From NCBI RefSeq assembly GCF_009914755.1, contig NC_060948.1: DNA of 64,000 nt, one strand, 5' to 3'. The stretch comes from the human T2T-CHM13v2.0 reference genome, Homo sapiens. Numbering within the stretch: the first letter of the stretch is position 1; the number at the start of each line of letters is the position of its first letter. Made by a program: the position numbers and the translations under genes. Below are positions 15,570 to 34,918 of the stretch, in pieces. Under the pieces are notes generated by a model. The model saw only the letters and a program-made list of their open reading frames with translations, was not told the DNA's origin and ran no database searches.

Positions 15570-17697
15570 AGATCCATATTTTTTAAATGAAAAAAAATTT
15601 CAAAGGTACTCTGCTTGGTACAATAATCAAATGTATAAACTGAGGAATAAAACATAACCATGAAACCTACTTATAACTGCATATGGAAAATACAGAGGAT
15701 AATTTTTTAAATAACATATTTTGAAAGCCTTAACTAGTAATTTGAAGAGCTGGCATTTGAAAGGCCAGTATGAATATACCTTCAAAGCAGCAACACAGGT
15801 TCCCCATGAGAAAAAGCAAACACAGGGAAAATAAAACCACAAAGGTTCAATCTCTACTGACCTTTGAAAGACACAGCACAGACAGTGGTCCTTAGGACGA
15901 AGAGCAGGAGACCCCTAATTCCGTCACCATGGCGATAGGGCATAAACATTGCTGGGTGAGGGCACAATCCACATTGTGAGGTCCAACTGCTGCCAGGAAG
16001 ACAGGAGTGCTTTTACATAGACCGAAAGGTCATTGAAGGCTCAGAGTTTTCTTTCAAGAACTGAATCCCAAGCCCACACGTTATTAGGCTGCGCTTCTTA
16101 AAACAAGTTATGAGATGGGAAAAAGGGCACCCACAAACATACGTATACATTATGTATATAATAATATACAGTATCATATATATAATATATATAACCTATG
16201 TATAATATTGTTTTACATCCTGCATCTTATGTTATATATATTGTATAAAATATAATAATTGATAATATATAAGTTTTATAATTATACAATATGACATATA
16301 GTATATATTATAATTTATGACATATATAATATATGTTATATGTCATATATAGAATATATTATACGGTTAATATACGTATTAAATATAAATTATACATTAT
16401 ATATATTATATATAATATATCTGATATATATAATACCAATTATGCATAATATATATATTATGTCTATGTTATATATAGTATAAAACAACATATAATAATA
16501 TATAATTGTATATATAAAATGCGACATATAATATATATTATATTTTATAACATATGTAATATATATTATATATTATATATAATACGTTGTATGTATAATA
16601 CCTATATTAAATATATATTATATGACTATGTTATTAATTACATGTCACATGTGTTATATATTATATATTTTACATAGAATATGCCGGTTACATACAATAT
16701 ATACTATGTTACCTATAATGTATAATTTATTACATGTAAAATAAAGAATGCAATATATTATGTAAAATTTATAATATACCATATGTGGAATGTGATATAT
16801 ATAACATTTAATATATGATATATGATGTACAGTATATGATATATAACATACAATATATGATTCCTAATATATATGGTATACAATATATATTTTATGATAT
16901 GTATTCTATATGTTTTATATTCTGTTATATATAACTATTTGAAATTATATATAACTGTATAATATTTTATGTAAATATGTAATATAATATATATAACTAT
17001 ATAATATATTATATATAACTATATATTATGTTATATATACTTTTATAACATAATTTACATAAAATATCATAATATAATATATATTATATTATTTCATATT
17101 ACATAAAATATATTACATATCACCCAATATAACTAACATACATAATATTATAATATAGATTATATTATGTTATAATAAATATCATATATATCATATATCA
17201 TATATTCTATAATATATATTACACATTATATAATATGTATGTTGTCTATTATGTGATATATATAACTATATATATAATTATATTTGTATACATATAACTA
17301 GATAAACATGTAATTCTACATATTTTCATTTATAATATGTAGAATTATATAATCATATATAATTATTTATATTCTATAAAAAATTTTATCATTATATAAA
17401 TTATAATATATAAAAATTATAATATGTACTACAAATATATATATTATATATCATATATGATATAGTACCTTTGTTATATATCATAATACATATAAATGTG
17501 TATTATGTTATCTATAATTATATAATTTCATATATAAGTTGTATAATATGTATCATATATTATATATGTTATGTAATATATATAGTATATATAAGATGAC
17601 ACAGGATAAATATTATATACTATGACATATAAAATATATGAGGTTATATGTTACATATAAGGCATAGCACATAACATGTAATATATATCATATATAA

Positions 17698-17989
17698 TTT
17701 TTTTTTAGACAGAATCTTGTCCTGTTGCACAGGGTGGGGTACAATGGCGCCATCTTTGCTCACTGCAAATTCTGCCTCACGGGTCCAAGCGATTGTCCTC
17801 CCTCAGCCTCCCAGGTAGCTGGGACTACACCACACTGGGACTACACCAGCTGCCACCATGCCTAGCTAATTATTTGGATTTTTAGTAGTGACAGCGTTTC
17901 ACTGTATTGGCCAGGATGGTCTTGATCTCTTCACCTTGTGATCCCCTTGCCTTGGCCTCCAAATTTGCTGGGATTACAGGCCTGAGCCA
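17698..17989 (-). mobile_element. Alu, unit 8
   Basis: Copy of 765-1056. Confidence 0.93.
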
Positions 17990-20117
17990 AGATCCGTATT
18001 TTTTAAATGAAAAAAAATTTCAAAGGTACTCTGCTTGGTACAATAATCAAATGTATAAACTGAGGAATAAAACATAACCATGAAACCTACTTATAACTGC
18101 ATATGGAAAATACAGAGGATAATTTTTTAAATAACATATTTTGAAAGCCTTAACTAGTAATTTGAAGAGTTGGCATTTGAAAGGCCAGTATGAATATACC
18201 TTCAAAGCAGCAACACAGGTTCCCCATGAGAAAAAGCAAACACAGGGAAAATAAAAACACAAAGGTTCAATCTCTTCTGACCTTTGAAAGACACAGCACA
18301 GACAGTGGTCCTTAGGACGAAGAGCAGGAGACCCCTAATTCCGTCACCATGGCGATAGGGCATAAACATTGCTGGGTGAGGGCACAATCCACATTGTGAG
18401 GTCCAACTGCTGCCAGGAAGACAGGAGTGCTTTTACATAGACCGAAAGGTCATTGAAGGCTCAGAGTTTTGTTTCAAGAACTGAATCCCAAGCCCACACG
18501 TTATTAGGCTGCGCTTCTTAAAACAAGTTATGAGATGGGAAAAAGGGCACCCACAAACATACGTATACATTATGTATATAATAATATACAGTATCATATA
18601 TATAATATATATAACCTATGTATAATATTGTTTTACATCCTGCATCTAATGTTATATATATTGTATAAAATATAATAATTGATAATATATAAGTTTTATA
18701 ATTATACAATATGACATATAGTATATATTATAATTTATGACATATATAATATATGTTATATGTCATATATAGAATATATTATACGGTTAATATACGTATT
18801 AAATATAAATTATACATTATATATATTATATATAATATATCTGTTATATATAATACCCATTATGCATAATATATATATTATGTCTATGTTATATATAGTA
18901 TAAAACAACATATAATAATATATAATTGTATATATAAAATGCGACATATAATATATATTATATTTTATAACATATGTAATATATATTATATATTATATAT
19001 AATACGTTGTATGTATAATACCTATATTAAATATATATTATATGACTATGTTATTAATTACATGTCACATGTGTTATATATTATATATTTTACATAGAAT
19101 ATACCGGTTACATACAATATATACTATGTTACCTATAATGTATAATTTATTACATGTAAAATAAAGAATGCAATATATTATGTATAATTTATAATATACC
19201 ATATGTGGAATGTGATATATATAACATATAATATATGATATATGATATACAGTATATGATATATAACATACAATATATGATTCCTAATATATATGGTATA
19301 CAATATATATTTTATGATATGTATTCTATATGTTTTATATTCTGTTATATATAACTATTTGAAATTATATATAACTGTATAATATTTTATGTAAATATGT
19401 AATATAATATATATAACTATATAATATATTATATATAACTATATATTATGTTATATATACTTTTATAACATAATTTACATAAAATATCATAATATAATAT
19501 ATATTATATTATTTCATATTACATAATATATATTACATATCACCCAATAAAACTAACATACATAATATTATAATATAGATTATATTGTGTTATATTAAAT
19601 ATCATATATATCATGTATCATATATTCTATAATATATATTACACATTATATAATATGTATGTTGTCTATTATGTGATATATATAACTATATATATAATTA
19701 TATTTTTATACATATAACTAGATAAACATGTAATTCTACATATTTTCATTTATAATATGTATAATTATATAATCATATATAATTATTTATATTCTATAAA
19801 AAATTTTATCATTATATAAATTATAATATATAAAAATTATAATATGTACTACAAATATATATATTATATATCATATATGATATAGTACCTTTGTTATATT
19901 TCATAATACATATAAATGTGTATTATGTTATCTATAATTATATAATTTCATATATAAGATGTATAATATGTATCATATATTATATATGTTATGTAATATA
20001 TATAGTATATATAAGATGACACAGGATAAATATTATATACTATGACATATAAAATATATGAGGTTATATGTTACATATAAGGCATAGCACAGAACATTTA
20101 ATATATATCATATATAA

Positions 20118-20409
<292 letters not shown>

Positions 20410-22532
20410 AGATCCATATTTTTTAAATGAAAAAAAATTTCAAAGGTACTCTGCTTGGTACAATAATCAAATGTATAAACTGAGGAATAAAACATAACCA
20501 TGAAACCTACTTATAACTGCATATGGAAAATACAGAGGATAATTTTTTAAATAACATATTTTGAAAGCCTTAACTAGTAATTTGAAGAGTTGGCATTTGA
20601 AAGGCCAGTATGAATATACCTTCAAAGCAGCAACACAGGTTCCCCATGAGAAAAAGCAAACACAGGGAAAATAAAAACACAAAGGTTCAATCTCTTCTGA
20701 CCTTTGAAAGACACAGCACAGACAGTGGTCCTTAGGACGAAGAGCAGGAGACCCCTAATTCCGTCACCATGGCGATAGGGCATAAACATTGCTGGGTGAG
20801 GGCACAATCCACATTGTGAGGTCCAACTGCTGCCAGGAAGACAGGAGTGCTTTTACATAGACCGAAAGGTCATTGAAGGCTCAGAGTTTTGTTTCAAGAA
20901 CTGAATCCCAAGCCCACACGTTATTAGGCTGCGCTTCTTAAAACAAGTTATGAGATGGGAAAAAGGGCACCCACAAACATACGTATACATTATGTATATA
21001 ATAATATACAGTATCATATATATAATATATATAACCTATGTATAATATTGTTTTACATCCTGCATCTTATGTTATATATATTGTATAAAATATAATAATT
21101 GATAATATATAAGTTTTATAATTATACAATATGACATATAGTATATATTATAATTTATGACATATATAATATATGTTATATGTCATATATAGAATATATT
21201 ATACGGTTAATATACGTATTAAATATAAATTATACATTATATATATTATATATAATATATCTGTTATATATAATACCCATTATGCATAATATATATATTA
21301 TGTCTATGTTATATATAGTATAAAACAACATATAATAATATATAATTGTATATATAAAATGCGACATATAATATATATTATATTTTATAACATATGTAAT
21401 ATATATTATATATTATATATAATACGTTGTCTGTATAATACCTATATTAAATATATATTATATGACTATGTTATTAATTACATGTCACATGTGTTATATA
21501 TTATATATTTTACATAGAATATACCGGTTACATACAATATATACTATGTTACCTATAATGTATAATTTATTACATGTAAAATAAAGAATGCAATATATTA
21601 TGTAAAATTTATAATATACCATATGTGGAATGTGATATATATAACATATAATATATGATATATGATATACAGTATATGATATATAACATACAATATATGA
21701 TTCCTAATATATATGGTATACAATATATATTTTATGATATGTATTCTTTATGTTTTATATTCTGTTATATATAACTATTTGAAATTATATATAACTGTAT
21801 ATTTTATGTAAATATGTAATATAATATATATAACTATATAATATATTATATATAACTATATATTATGTTATATATACTTTTATAACATAATTTACATAAA
21901 ATATCATAATATAATATATATTATATTATTTCATATTACATAATATATATTACATATCACCCAATATAACTAACATACATAATATTATAATATAGATTAT
22001 ATTATGTTATATTAAATATCATATATATCATGTATCATATATTCTATAATATATATTACACATTATATAATATGTATGTTGTCTATTATGTGATATATAT
22101 AACTATATATAATTATATTTTTATACATATAACTAGATAAACATGTAATTCTACATATTTTCGTTTATAATATGTAGAATTATATAATCATATATAATTA
22201 TTTATATTCTATAAAAAATTTTATCATTATATAAATTATAATATATAAAAATTATAATATGTACTACAAATATATATATTATATATCATATATGCTATAG
22301 TACCTTTGTTATATATCATAATACATATAAATGTGTATTATGTTATCTATAATTATATAATTTCATATATAAGATGTATAATGTGTATCATATATTATAT
22401 ATGTTATGTAATCTATATAGTATATATAAGATGACACAGGATAAATATTATATACTATGACATATAAAATATATGAGGTTATATGTTACATATAAGGCAT
22501 AGCACATAACATGTAATATATATCATATATAA

Positions 22533-22824
22533 TTTTTTTTTAGACAGAATCTTGTCCTGTTGCACAGGGTGGGGTACAATGGCGCCATCTTTGCTCACTG
22601 CATCTTCTGCCTCACGGGTCCAAGCGATTGTCCTCCCTCAGCCTCCCAGGTAGCTGGGACTACACCACACTGGGACTACACCAGCTGCCACCATGCCTAG
22701 CTAATTATTTGGATTTTTAGTAGTGACAGCGTTTCACTGTATTGGCCAGGATGGTCTTGACCTCTTCACCTTGTGATCCCCTTGCCTTGGCCTCCAAATT
22801 TGCTGGGATTACAGGCCTGAGCCA
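22533..22824 (-). mobile_element. Alu, unit 10 (W haplotype)
   Basis: Copy of 765-1056 with gcatct and ttgacctc variants. Confidence 0.93.
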
Positions 22825-24926
22825 AGATCCATATTTTTTAAATGAAAAAAAATTTCAAAGGTACTCTGCTTGGTACAATAATCAAATGTATAAACTGAGG
22901 AATAAAACATAACCATGAAACCTACTTATAACTGCATATGGAAAATACAGAGGATAATTTTTTAAATAACATATTTTGAAAGCCTTAACTAGTAATTTGA
23001 AGAGCTGGCATTTGAAAGGCCAGTATGAATATACCTTCAAAGCAGCAACACAGGTTCCCCATGAGAAAAAGCAAACACAGGGAAAATAAAACCACAAAGG
23101 TTCAATCTCTACTGACCTTTGAAAGACACAGCACAGACAGTGGTCCTTAGGACGAAGAGCAGGAGACCCCTAATTCCGTCACCATGGCGATAGGGCATAA
23201 ACATTGCTGGGTGAGGGCACAATCCACATTGTGAGGTCCAACTGCTGCCAGGAAGACAGGAGTGCTTTTACATAGACCGAAAGGTCATTGAAGGCTCAGA
23301 GTTTTCTTTCAAGAACTGAATCCCAAGCCCACACGTTATTAGGCTGCGCTTCTTAAAACAAGTTATGAGATGGGAAAAAGGGCACCCACAAACATACGTA
23401 TACATTATGTATATAATAATATACAGTATCATATATATAATATATATAACCTATGTATAATATTGTTTTACATCCTGCATCTTATGTTATATATATTGTA
23501 TAAAATATAATAATTGATAATATATAAGTTTTATAATTATACAATATGACATATAGTATATATTATAATTTATGACATATATAATATATGTTATATGTCA
23601 TATATAGAATATATTATACGGTTAATATACGTATTAAATATAAATTATACATTATATATATTATATATAATATATCTGTTATATATAATACCCATTATGC
23701 ATAATATATATATTATGTCTATGTTATATATAGTATAAAACAACATATAATAATATATAATTGTATATATAAAATGCGACATATAATATATATTATATTT
23801 TATAACATATGTAATATATATTATATATTATATATAATACGTTGTATGTATAATACCTATATTAAATATATATTATATGACTATGTTATTAATTACATGT
23901 CACATGTGTTATATATTATATATTTTACATAGAATATACCGGTTACATACAATATATACTATGTTACCTATAATGTATAATTTATTACATGTAAAATAAA
24001 GAATGCAATATATTATGTATAATTTATAATATACCATATGTGGAATGTGATATATATAACATATAATATATGATATATGATATACAGTATATGATATATA
24101 ACATACAATATATGATTCCTAATATATATGGTATACAATATATATTTTATGATATGTATTCTATATGTTTTATATTCTGTTATATATAACTATTTGAAAT
24201 TATATATAACTGTATATTTTATGTAAATATGTAATATAATATATATAACTATATAATATATTATATATAACTATATATTATGTTATATATACTTTTATAA
24301 CATAATTTACATAAAATATCATAATATAATATATATTATATTATTTCATATTACATAATATATATTACATATCACCCAATATAACTAACATACATAATAT
24401 TATAATATAGATTATATTATGTTATATTAAATATCATATATATCATGTATCATATATTCTATAATATATATTACACATTATATAATATGTATGTTGTCTA
24501 TTATGTGATATATATAACTATATATATAATTATATTTTTATACATATAACTAGATAAACATGTAATTCTACATATTTTCATTTATAATATGTAGAATTAT
24601 AAAATCATATATAATTATTTATATTCTATAAAAAATTTTATCATTATATAAATTATAATATTTAAAAATTATAATATGTACTACAAATATATATATTATA
24701 TATCATATATGATATAGTACGTTTGTTATATTTCATAATACATATAAATGTGTATTATGTTATCTATAATTATATAATTTCATATATAAGATGTATAATG
24801 TGTATCATATATTATATATGTTATGTAATATATATAGTATATATAAGATGACACAGGATAAATATTATATACTATGACATATAAAATATATGAGGTTATA
24901 TGTTACATATAAGGCATAGCACATAA

Positions 24927-25241
<315 letters not shown>

Positions 25242-27367
25242 AGATCCATATTTTTTAAATGAAAAAAAATTTCAAAGGTACTCTGCTTGGTACAATAATC
25301 AAATGTATAAACTGAGGAATAAAACATAACCATGAAACCTACTTATAACTGCATATGGAAAATACAGAGGATAATTTTTTAAATAACATATTTTGAAAGC
25401 CTTAACTAGTAATTTGAAGAGTTGGCATTTGAAAGGCCAGTATGAATATACCTTCAAAGCAGCAACACAGGTTCCCCATGAGAAAAAGCAAACACAGGGA
25501 AAATAAAAACACAAAGGTTCAATCTCTTCTGACCTTTGAAAGACACAGCACAGACAGTGGTCCTTAGGACGAAGAGCAGGAGACCCCTAATTCCGTCACC
25601 ATGGCGATAGGGCATAAACATTGCTGGGTGAGGGCACAATCCACATTGTGAGGTCCAACTGCTGCCAGGAAGACAGGAGTGCTTTTACATAGACCGAAAG
25701 GTCATTGAAGGCTCAGAGTTTTCTTTCAAGAACTGAATCCCAAGCCCACACGTTATTAGGCTGCGCTTCTTAAAACAAGTTATGAGATGGGAAAAAGGGC
25801 ACCCACAAACATACGTATACATTATGTATATAATAATATACAGTATCATATATATAATATATATAACCTATGTATAATATTGTTTTACATCCTGCATCTT
25901 ATGTTATATATATTGTATAAAATATAATAATTGATAATATATAAGTTTTATAATTATACAATATGACATATAGTATATATTATAATTTATGACATATATA
26001 ATATATGTTATATGTCATATATAGAATATATTATACGGTTAATATACGTATTAAATATAAATTATACATTATATATATTATATATAATATATCTGTTATA
26101 TATAATACCCATTATGCATAATATATATATTATGTCTATGTTATATATAGTATAAAACAACATATAATAATATATAATTGTATATATAAAATGCGACATA
26201 TAATATATATTATATTTTATAACATATGTAATATATATTATATATTATATATAATACGTTGTCTGTATAATACCTATATTAAATATATATTATATGACTA
26301 TGTTATTAATTACATGTCACATGTGTTATATATTATATATTTTACATAGAATATACCGGTTACATACAATATATACTATGTTACCTATAATGTATAATTT
26401 ATTACATGTAAAATAAAGAATGCAATATATTATGTAAAATTTATAATATACCATATGTGGAATGTGATATATATAACATATAATATATGATATATGATAT
26501 ACAGTATATGATATATAACATACAATATATGATTCCTAATATATATGGTATACAATATATATTTTATGATATGTATTCTTTATGTTTTATATTCTGTTAT
26601 ATATAACTATTTGAAATTATATATAACTGTATAATATTTTATGTAAATATGTAATATAATATATATAACTATATAATATATTATATATAACTATATATTA
26701 TGTTATATATACTTTTATAACATAATTTACATAAAATATCATAATATAATATATATTATATTATTTCATATTACATAATATATATTACATATCACCCAAT
26801 ATAACTAACATACATAATATTATAATATAGATTATATTATGTTATATTAAATATCATATATATCATGTATCATATATTCTATAATATATATTACACATTA
26901 TATAATATGTATGTTGTCTATTATGTGATATATATAACTATATATAATTATATTTTTATACATATAACTAGATAAACATGTAATTCTACATATTTTCGTT
27001 TATAATATGTAGAATTATATAATCATATATAATTATTTATATTCTATAAAAAATTTTATCATTATATAAATTATAATATATAAAAATTATAATATGTACT
27101 ACAAATATATATATTATATATCATATATGCTATAGTACCTTTGTTATATATCATAATACATATAAATGTGTATTATGTTATCTATAATTATATAATTTCA
27201 TATATAAGATGTATAATGTGTATCATATATTATATATGTTATGTAATCTATATAGTATATATAAGATGACACAGGATAAATATTATATACTATGACATAT
27301 AAAATATATGAGGTTATATGTTACATATAAGGCATAGCACATAACATGTAATATATATCATATATAA

Positions 27368-27659
27368 TTTTTTTTTAGACAGAATCTTGTCCTGTTGCAC
27401 AGGGTGGGGTACAATGGCGCCATCTTTGCTCACTGCATCTTCTGCCTCACGGGTCCAAGCGATTGTCCTCCCTCAGCCTCCCAGGTAGCTGGGACTACAC
27501 CACACTGGGACTACACCAGCTGCCACCATGCCTAGCTAATTATTTGGATTTTTAGTAGTGACAGCGTTTCACTGTATTGGCCAGGATGGTCTTGACCTCT
27601 TCACCTTGTGATCCCCTTGCCTTGGCCTCCAAATTTGCTGGGATTACAGGCCTGAGCCA
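27368..27659 (-). mobile_element. Alu, unit 12 (W haplotype)
   Basis: Copy of 765-1056 with gcatct and ttgacctc variants. Confidence 0.93.
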
Positions 27660-29787
27660 AGATCCATATTTTTTAAATGAAAAAAAATTTCAAAGGTACT
27701 CTGCTTGGTACAATAATCAAATGTATAAACTGAGGAATAAAACATAACCATGAAACCTACTTATAACTGCATATGGAAAATACAGAGGATAATTTTTTAA
27801 ATAACATATTTTGAAAGCCTTAACTAGTAATTTGAAGAGCTGGCATTTGAAAGGCCAGTATGAATATACCTTCAAAGCAGCAACACAGGTTCCCCATGAG
27901 AAAAAGCAAACACAGGGAAAATAAAACCACAAAGGTTCAATCTCTACTGACCTTTGAAAGACACAGCACAGACAGTGGTCCTTAGGACGAAGAGCAGGAG
28001 ACCCCTAATTCCGTCACCATGGCGATAGGGCATAAACATTGCTGGGTGAGGGCACAATCCACATTGTGAGGTCCAACTGCTGCCAGGAAGACAGGAGTGC
28101 TTTTACATAGACCGAAAGGTCATTGAAGGCTCAGAGTTTTCTTTCAAGAACTGAATCCCAAGCCCACACGTTATTAGGCTGCGCTTCTTAAAACAAGTTA
28201 TGAGATGGGAAAAAGGGCACCCACAAACATACGTATACATTATGTATATAATAATATACAGTATCATATATATAATATATATAACCTATGTATAATATTG
28301 TTTTACATCCTGCATCTTATGTTATATATATTGTATAAAATATAATAATTGATAATATATAAGTTTTATAATTATACAATATGACATATAGTATATATTA
28401 TAATTTATGACATATATAATATATGTTATATGTCATATATAGAATATATTATGCGGTTAATATACGTATTAAATATAAATTATACATTATATATATTATA
28501 TATAATATATCTGTTATATATAATACCCATTATGCATAATATATATATTATGTCTATGTTATATATAGTATAAAACAACATATAATAATATATAATTGTA
28601 TATATAAAATGCGACATATAATATATATTATATTTTATAACATATGTAATATATATTATATATTATATATAATACGTTGTATGTATAATACCTATATTAA
28701 ATATATATTATATGACTATGTTATTAATTACATGTCACATGTGTTATATATTATATATTTTACATAGAATATGCCGGTTACATACAATATATACTATGTT
28801 ACGTATAATGTATAATTTATTACATGTAAAATAAAGAATTCAATATATTATGTAAAATTTATAATATACCATATGTGGAATGTGATATATATAACATTTA
28901 ATATATGATATATGATGTACAGTATATGATATATAACATACAATATATGATTCCTAATATATATGGTATACAATATATATTTTATGATATGTATTCTATA
29001 TGTTTTATATTCTGTTATATATAACTATTTGAAATTATATATAACTGTATAATATTTTATGTAAATATGTAATATAATATATATAACTATATAATATATT
29101 ATATATAACTATATATTATGTTATATATACTTTTATAACATAATTTACATAAAATATCATAATATAATATATATTATATTATTTCATATTACATAAAATA
29201 TATTACATATCACCCAATATAACTAACATACATAATATTATAATATAGATTATATTATGTTATAATAAATATCATATATATCATATATCATATATTCTAT
29301 AATATATATTACACATTATATAATATGTATGTTGTCTATTATGTGATATATATAACTATATATATAATTATATTTGTATACATATAACTAGATAAACATG
29401 TAATTCTACATATTTTCATTTATAATATGTAGAATTATATAATCATATATAATTATTTATATTCTATAAAAAATTTTATCATTATATAAATTATAATATA
29501 TAAAAATTATAATATGTACTACAAATATATATATTATATATCATATATGATATAGTACCTTTGTTATATATCATAATACATATAAATGTGTATTATGTTA
29601 TCTATAATTATATAATTTCATATATAAGTTGTATAATATGTATCATATATTATATATGTTATGTAATATATATAGTATATATAAGATGACACAGGATAAA
29701 TATTATATACTATGACATATAAAATATATGAGGTTATATGTTACATATAAGGCATAGCACATAACATGTAATATATATCATATATAA

Positions 29788-30079
29788 TTTTTTTTTAGAC
29801 AGAATCTTGTCCTGTTGCACAGGGTGGGGTACAATGGCGCCATCTTTGCTCACTGCAAATTCTGCCTCACGGGTCCAAGCGATTGTCCTCCCTCAGCCTC
29901 CCAGGTAGCTGGGACTACACCACACTGGGACTACACCAGCTGCCACCATGCCTAGCTAATTATTTGGATTTTTAGTAGTGACAGCGTTTCACTGTATTGG
30001 CCAGGATGGTCTTGATCTCTTCACCTTGTGATCCCCTTGCCTTGGCCTCCAAATTTGCTGGGATTACAGGCCTGAGCCA
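29788..30079 (-). mobile_element. Alu, unit 13
   Basis: Copy of 765-1056. Confidence 0.93.
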
Positions 30080-32207
30080 AGATCCGTATTTTTTAAATGA
30101 AAAAAAATTTCAAAGGTACTCTGCTTGGTACAATAATCAAATGTATAAACTGAGGAATAAAACATAACCATGAAACCTACTTATAACTGCATATGGAAAA
30201 TACAGAGGATAATTTTTTAAATAACATATTTTGAAAGCCTTAACTAGTAATTTGAAGAGTTGGCATTTGAAAGGCCAGTATGAATATACCTTCAAAGCAG
30301 CAACACAGGTTCCCCATGAGAAAAAGCAAACACAGGGAAAATAAAAACACAAAGGTTCAATCTCTTCTGACCTTTGAAAGACACAGCACAGACAGTGGTC
30401 CTTAGGACGAAGAGCAGGAGACCCCTAATTCCGTCACCATGGCGATAGGGCATAAACATTGCTGGGTGAGGGCACAATCCACATTGTGAGGTCCAACTGC
30501 TGCCAGGAAGACAGGAGTGCTTTTACATAGACCGAAAGGTCATTGAAGGCTCAGAGTTTTGTTTCAAGAACTGAATCCCAAGCCCACACGTTATTAGGCT
30601 GCGCTTCTTAAAACAAGTTATGAGATGGGAAAAAGGGCACCCACAAACATACGTATACATTATGTATATAATAATATACAGTATCATATATATAATATAT
30701 ATAACCTATGTATAATATTGTTTTACATCCTGCATCTAATGTTATATATATTGTATAAAATATAATAATTGATAATATATAAGTTTTATAATTATACAAT
30801 ATGACATATAGTATATATTATAATTTATGACATATATAATATATGTTATATGTCATATATAGAATATATTATACGGTTAATATACGTATTAAATATAAAT
30901 TATACATTATATATATTATATATAATATATCTGTTATATATAATACCCATTATGCATAATATATATATTATGTCTATGTTATATATAGTATAAAACAACA
31001 TATAATAATATATAATTGTATATATAAAATGCGACATATAATATATATTATATTTTATAACATATGTAATATATATTATATATTATATATAATACGTTGT
31101 ATGTATAATACCTATATTAAATATATATTATATGACTATGTTATTAATTACATGTCACATGTGTTATATATTATATATTTTACATAGAATATACCGGTTA
31201 CATACAATATATACTATGTTACCTATAATGTATAATTTATTACATGTAAAATAAAGAATGCAATATATTATGTATAATTTATAATATACCATATGTGGAA
31301 TGTGATATATATAACATATAATATATGATATATGATATACAGTATATGATATATAACATACAATATATGATTCCTAATATATATGGTATACAATATATAT
31401 TTTATGATATGTATTCTATATGTTTTATATTCTGTTATATATAACTATTTGAAATTATATATAACTGTATAATATTTTATGTAAATATGTAATATAATAT
31501 ATATAACTATATAATATATTATATATAACTATATATTATGTTATATATACTTTTATAACATAATTTACATAAAATATCATAATATAATATATATTATAAT
31601 ATTTCATATTACATAATATATATTACATATCACCCAATATAACTAACATACATAATATTATAATATAGATTATATTGTGTTATATTAAATATCATATATA
31701 TCATGTATCATATATTCTATAATATATATTACACATTATATAATATGTATGTTGTCTATTATGTGATATATATAACTATATATATAATTATATTTTTATA
31801 CATATAACTAGATAAACATGTAATTCTACATATTTTCATTTATAATATGTATAATTATATAATCATATATAATTATTTATATTCTATAAAAAATTTTATC
31901 ATTATATAAATTATAATATATAAAAATTATAATATGTACTACAAATATATATATTATATATCATATATGATATAGTACCTTTGTTATATTTCATAATACA
32001 TATAAATGTGTATTATGTTATCTATAATTATATAATTTCATATATAAGATGTATACTATGTATCATATATTATATATGTTATGTAATATATATAGTATAT
32101 ATAAGATGACACAGGATAAATATTATATACTATGACATATAAAATATATGAGGTTATATGTTACATATAAGGCATAGCACAGAACATTTAATATATATCA
32201 TATATAA

Positions 32208-32499
<292 letters not shown>

Positions 32500-34603
32500 A
32501 GATCCATATTTTTTAAATGAAAAAAAATTTCAAAGGTACTCTGCTTGGTACAATAATCAAATGTATAAACTGAGGAATAAAACATAACCATGAAACCTAC
32601 TTATAACTGCATATGGAAAATACAGAGGATAATTTTTTAAATAACATATTTTGAAAGCCTTAACTAGTAATTTGAAGAGTTGGCATTTGAAAGGCCAGTA
32701 TGAATATACCTTCAAAGCAGCAACACAGGTTCCCCATGAGAAAAAGCAAACACAGGGAAAATAAAAACACAAAGGTTCAATCTCTTCTGACCTTTGAAAG
32801 ACACATCAGAGACAGTGGTCCTTAGGACGAAGAGCAGGAGACCCCTAATTCCGTCACCATGGCGATAGGGCATAAACATTGCTGGGTGAGGGCACAATCC
32901 ACATTGTGAGGTCCAACTGCTGCCAGGAAGACAGGAGTGCTTTTACATAGACCGAAAGGTCATTGAAGGCTCAGAGTTTTGTTTCAAGAACTGAATCCCA
33001 AGCCCACACGTTATTAGGCTGCGCTTCTTAAAACAAGTTATGAGATGGGAAAAAGGGCACCCACAAACATACGTATACATTATGTATATAATAATATACA
33101 GTATCATATATATAATATATATAACCTATGTATAATATTGTTTTACATCCTGCATCTTATGTTATATATATTGTATAAAATATAATAATTGATAATATAT
33201 AAGTTTTATAATTATACAATATGACATATAGTATATATTATAATTTATGACATATATAATATATGTTATATGTCACATATAGAATATATTATACGGTTAA
33301 TATACGTATTAAATATAAATTATACATTATATATATTATATATAATATATCTGTTACATATAATACCCATTATGCATAATATATATATTATGTCTATGTT
33401 ATATATAGTATAAAACAACATATAATAATATATAATTGTATATATAAAATGCGACATATAATATATATTATATTTTATAACATATGTAATATATATTATA
33501 TATTATATATAATACGTTGTATGTATAATATCTATATTAAATATATATTATATGACTATGTTATTAATTACATGTCACATGTGTTATATATTATATATTT
33601 TACATAGAATATACCGGTTACATACAATATATACTATGTTACCTATAATGTATAATTTATTACATGTAAATTAAAGAATGCAATATATTATGTAAAATTT
33701 ATAATATACCATATGTGGAATGTGATATATATAACATATAATATATGATATATGATGTACAGTATATGATATATAACATACAATATATGATTCCTAATAT
33801 ATATGGTATACAATATATATTTTATGATATGTATTCTATATGTTTTATATTCTGTTATATATAACTATTTGAAATTATATATAACTGTATAATATTTTAT
33901 GTAAATATGTAATATAATATATATAACTATATAATATATTATATATAACTATATATTATGTTATATATACTTTTATAACATAATTTACATAAAATATCAT
34001 AATATAATATATATTATATTATTTCATATTACATAAAATATATTACATATCACCCAATATAACTAACATACATAATATTATAATATAGATTATATTATGT
34101 TATAATAAATATCATATATATCATATATCATATATTCTATAATATATATTACACATTATATAATATGTATGTTGTCTATTATGTGATATATATAACTATA
34201 TATATAATTATATTTGTATACATATAACTAGATAAACATGTAATTCTACATATTTTCATTTATAATATGTAGAATTATATAATCATATATAATTATTTAT
34301 ATTCTAAAAAAATTTTATCATTATATAAATTATTATATATAAAAACTATAATATGTACTACAAATATATATATTATATATCATATATGCTATAGTACCTT
34401 TGTTATATATCATAATACATATAAATGTGTATTATGTTATCTATAATTATATAATTTCATATATAAGTTGTATAATATGTATCATATATTATATATGTTA
34501 TGTAATATATATAGTATATATAAGATGACACAGGATAAATATTATATACTATGACATATAAAATATATGAGGTTATATGTTACATATAAGGCATAGCACA
34601 TAA

Positions 34604-34918
<315 letters not shown>

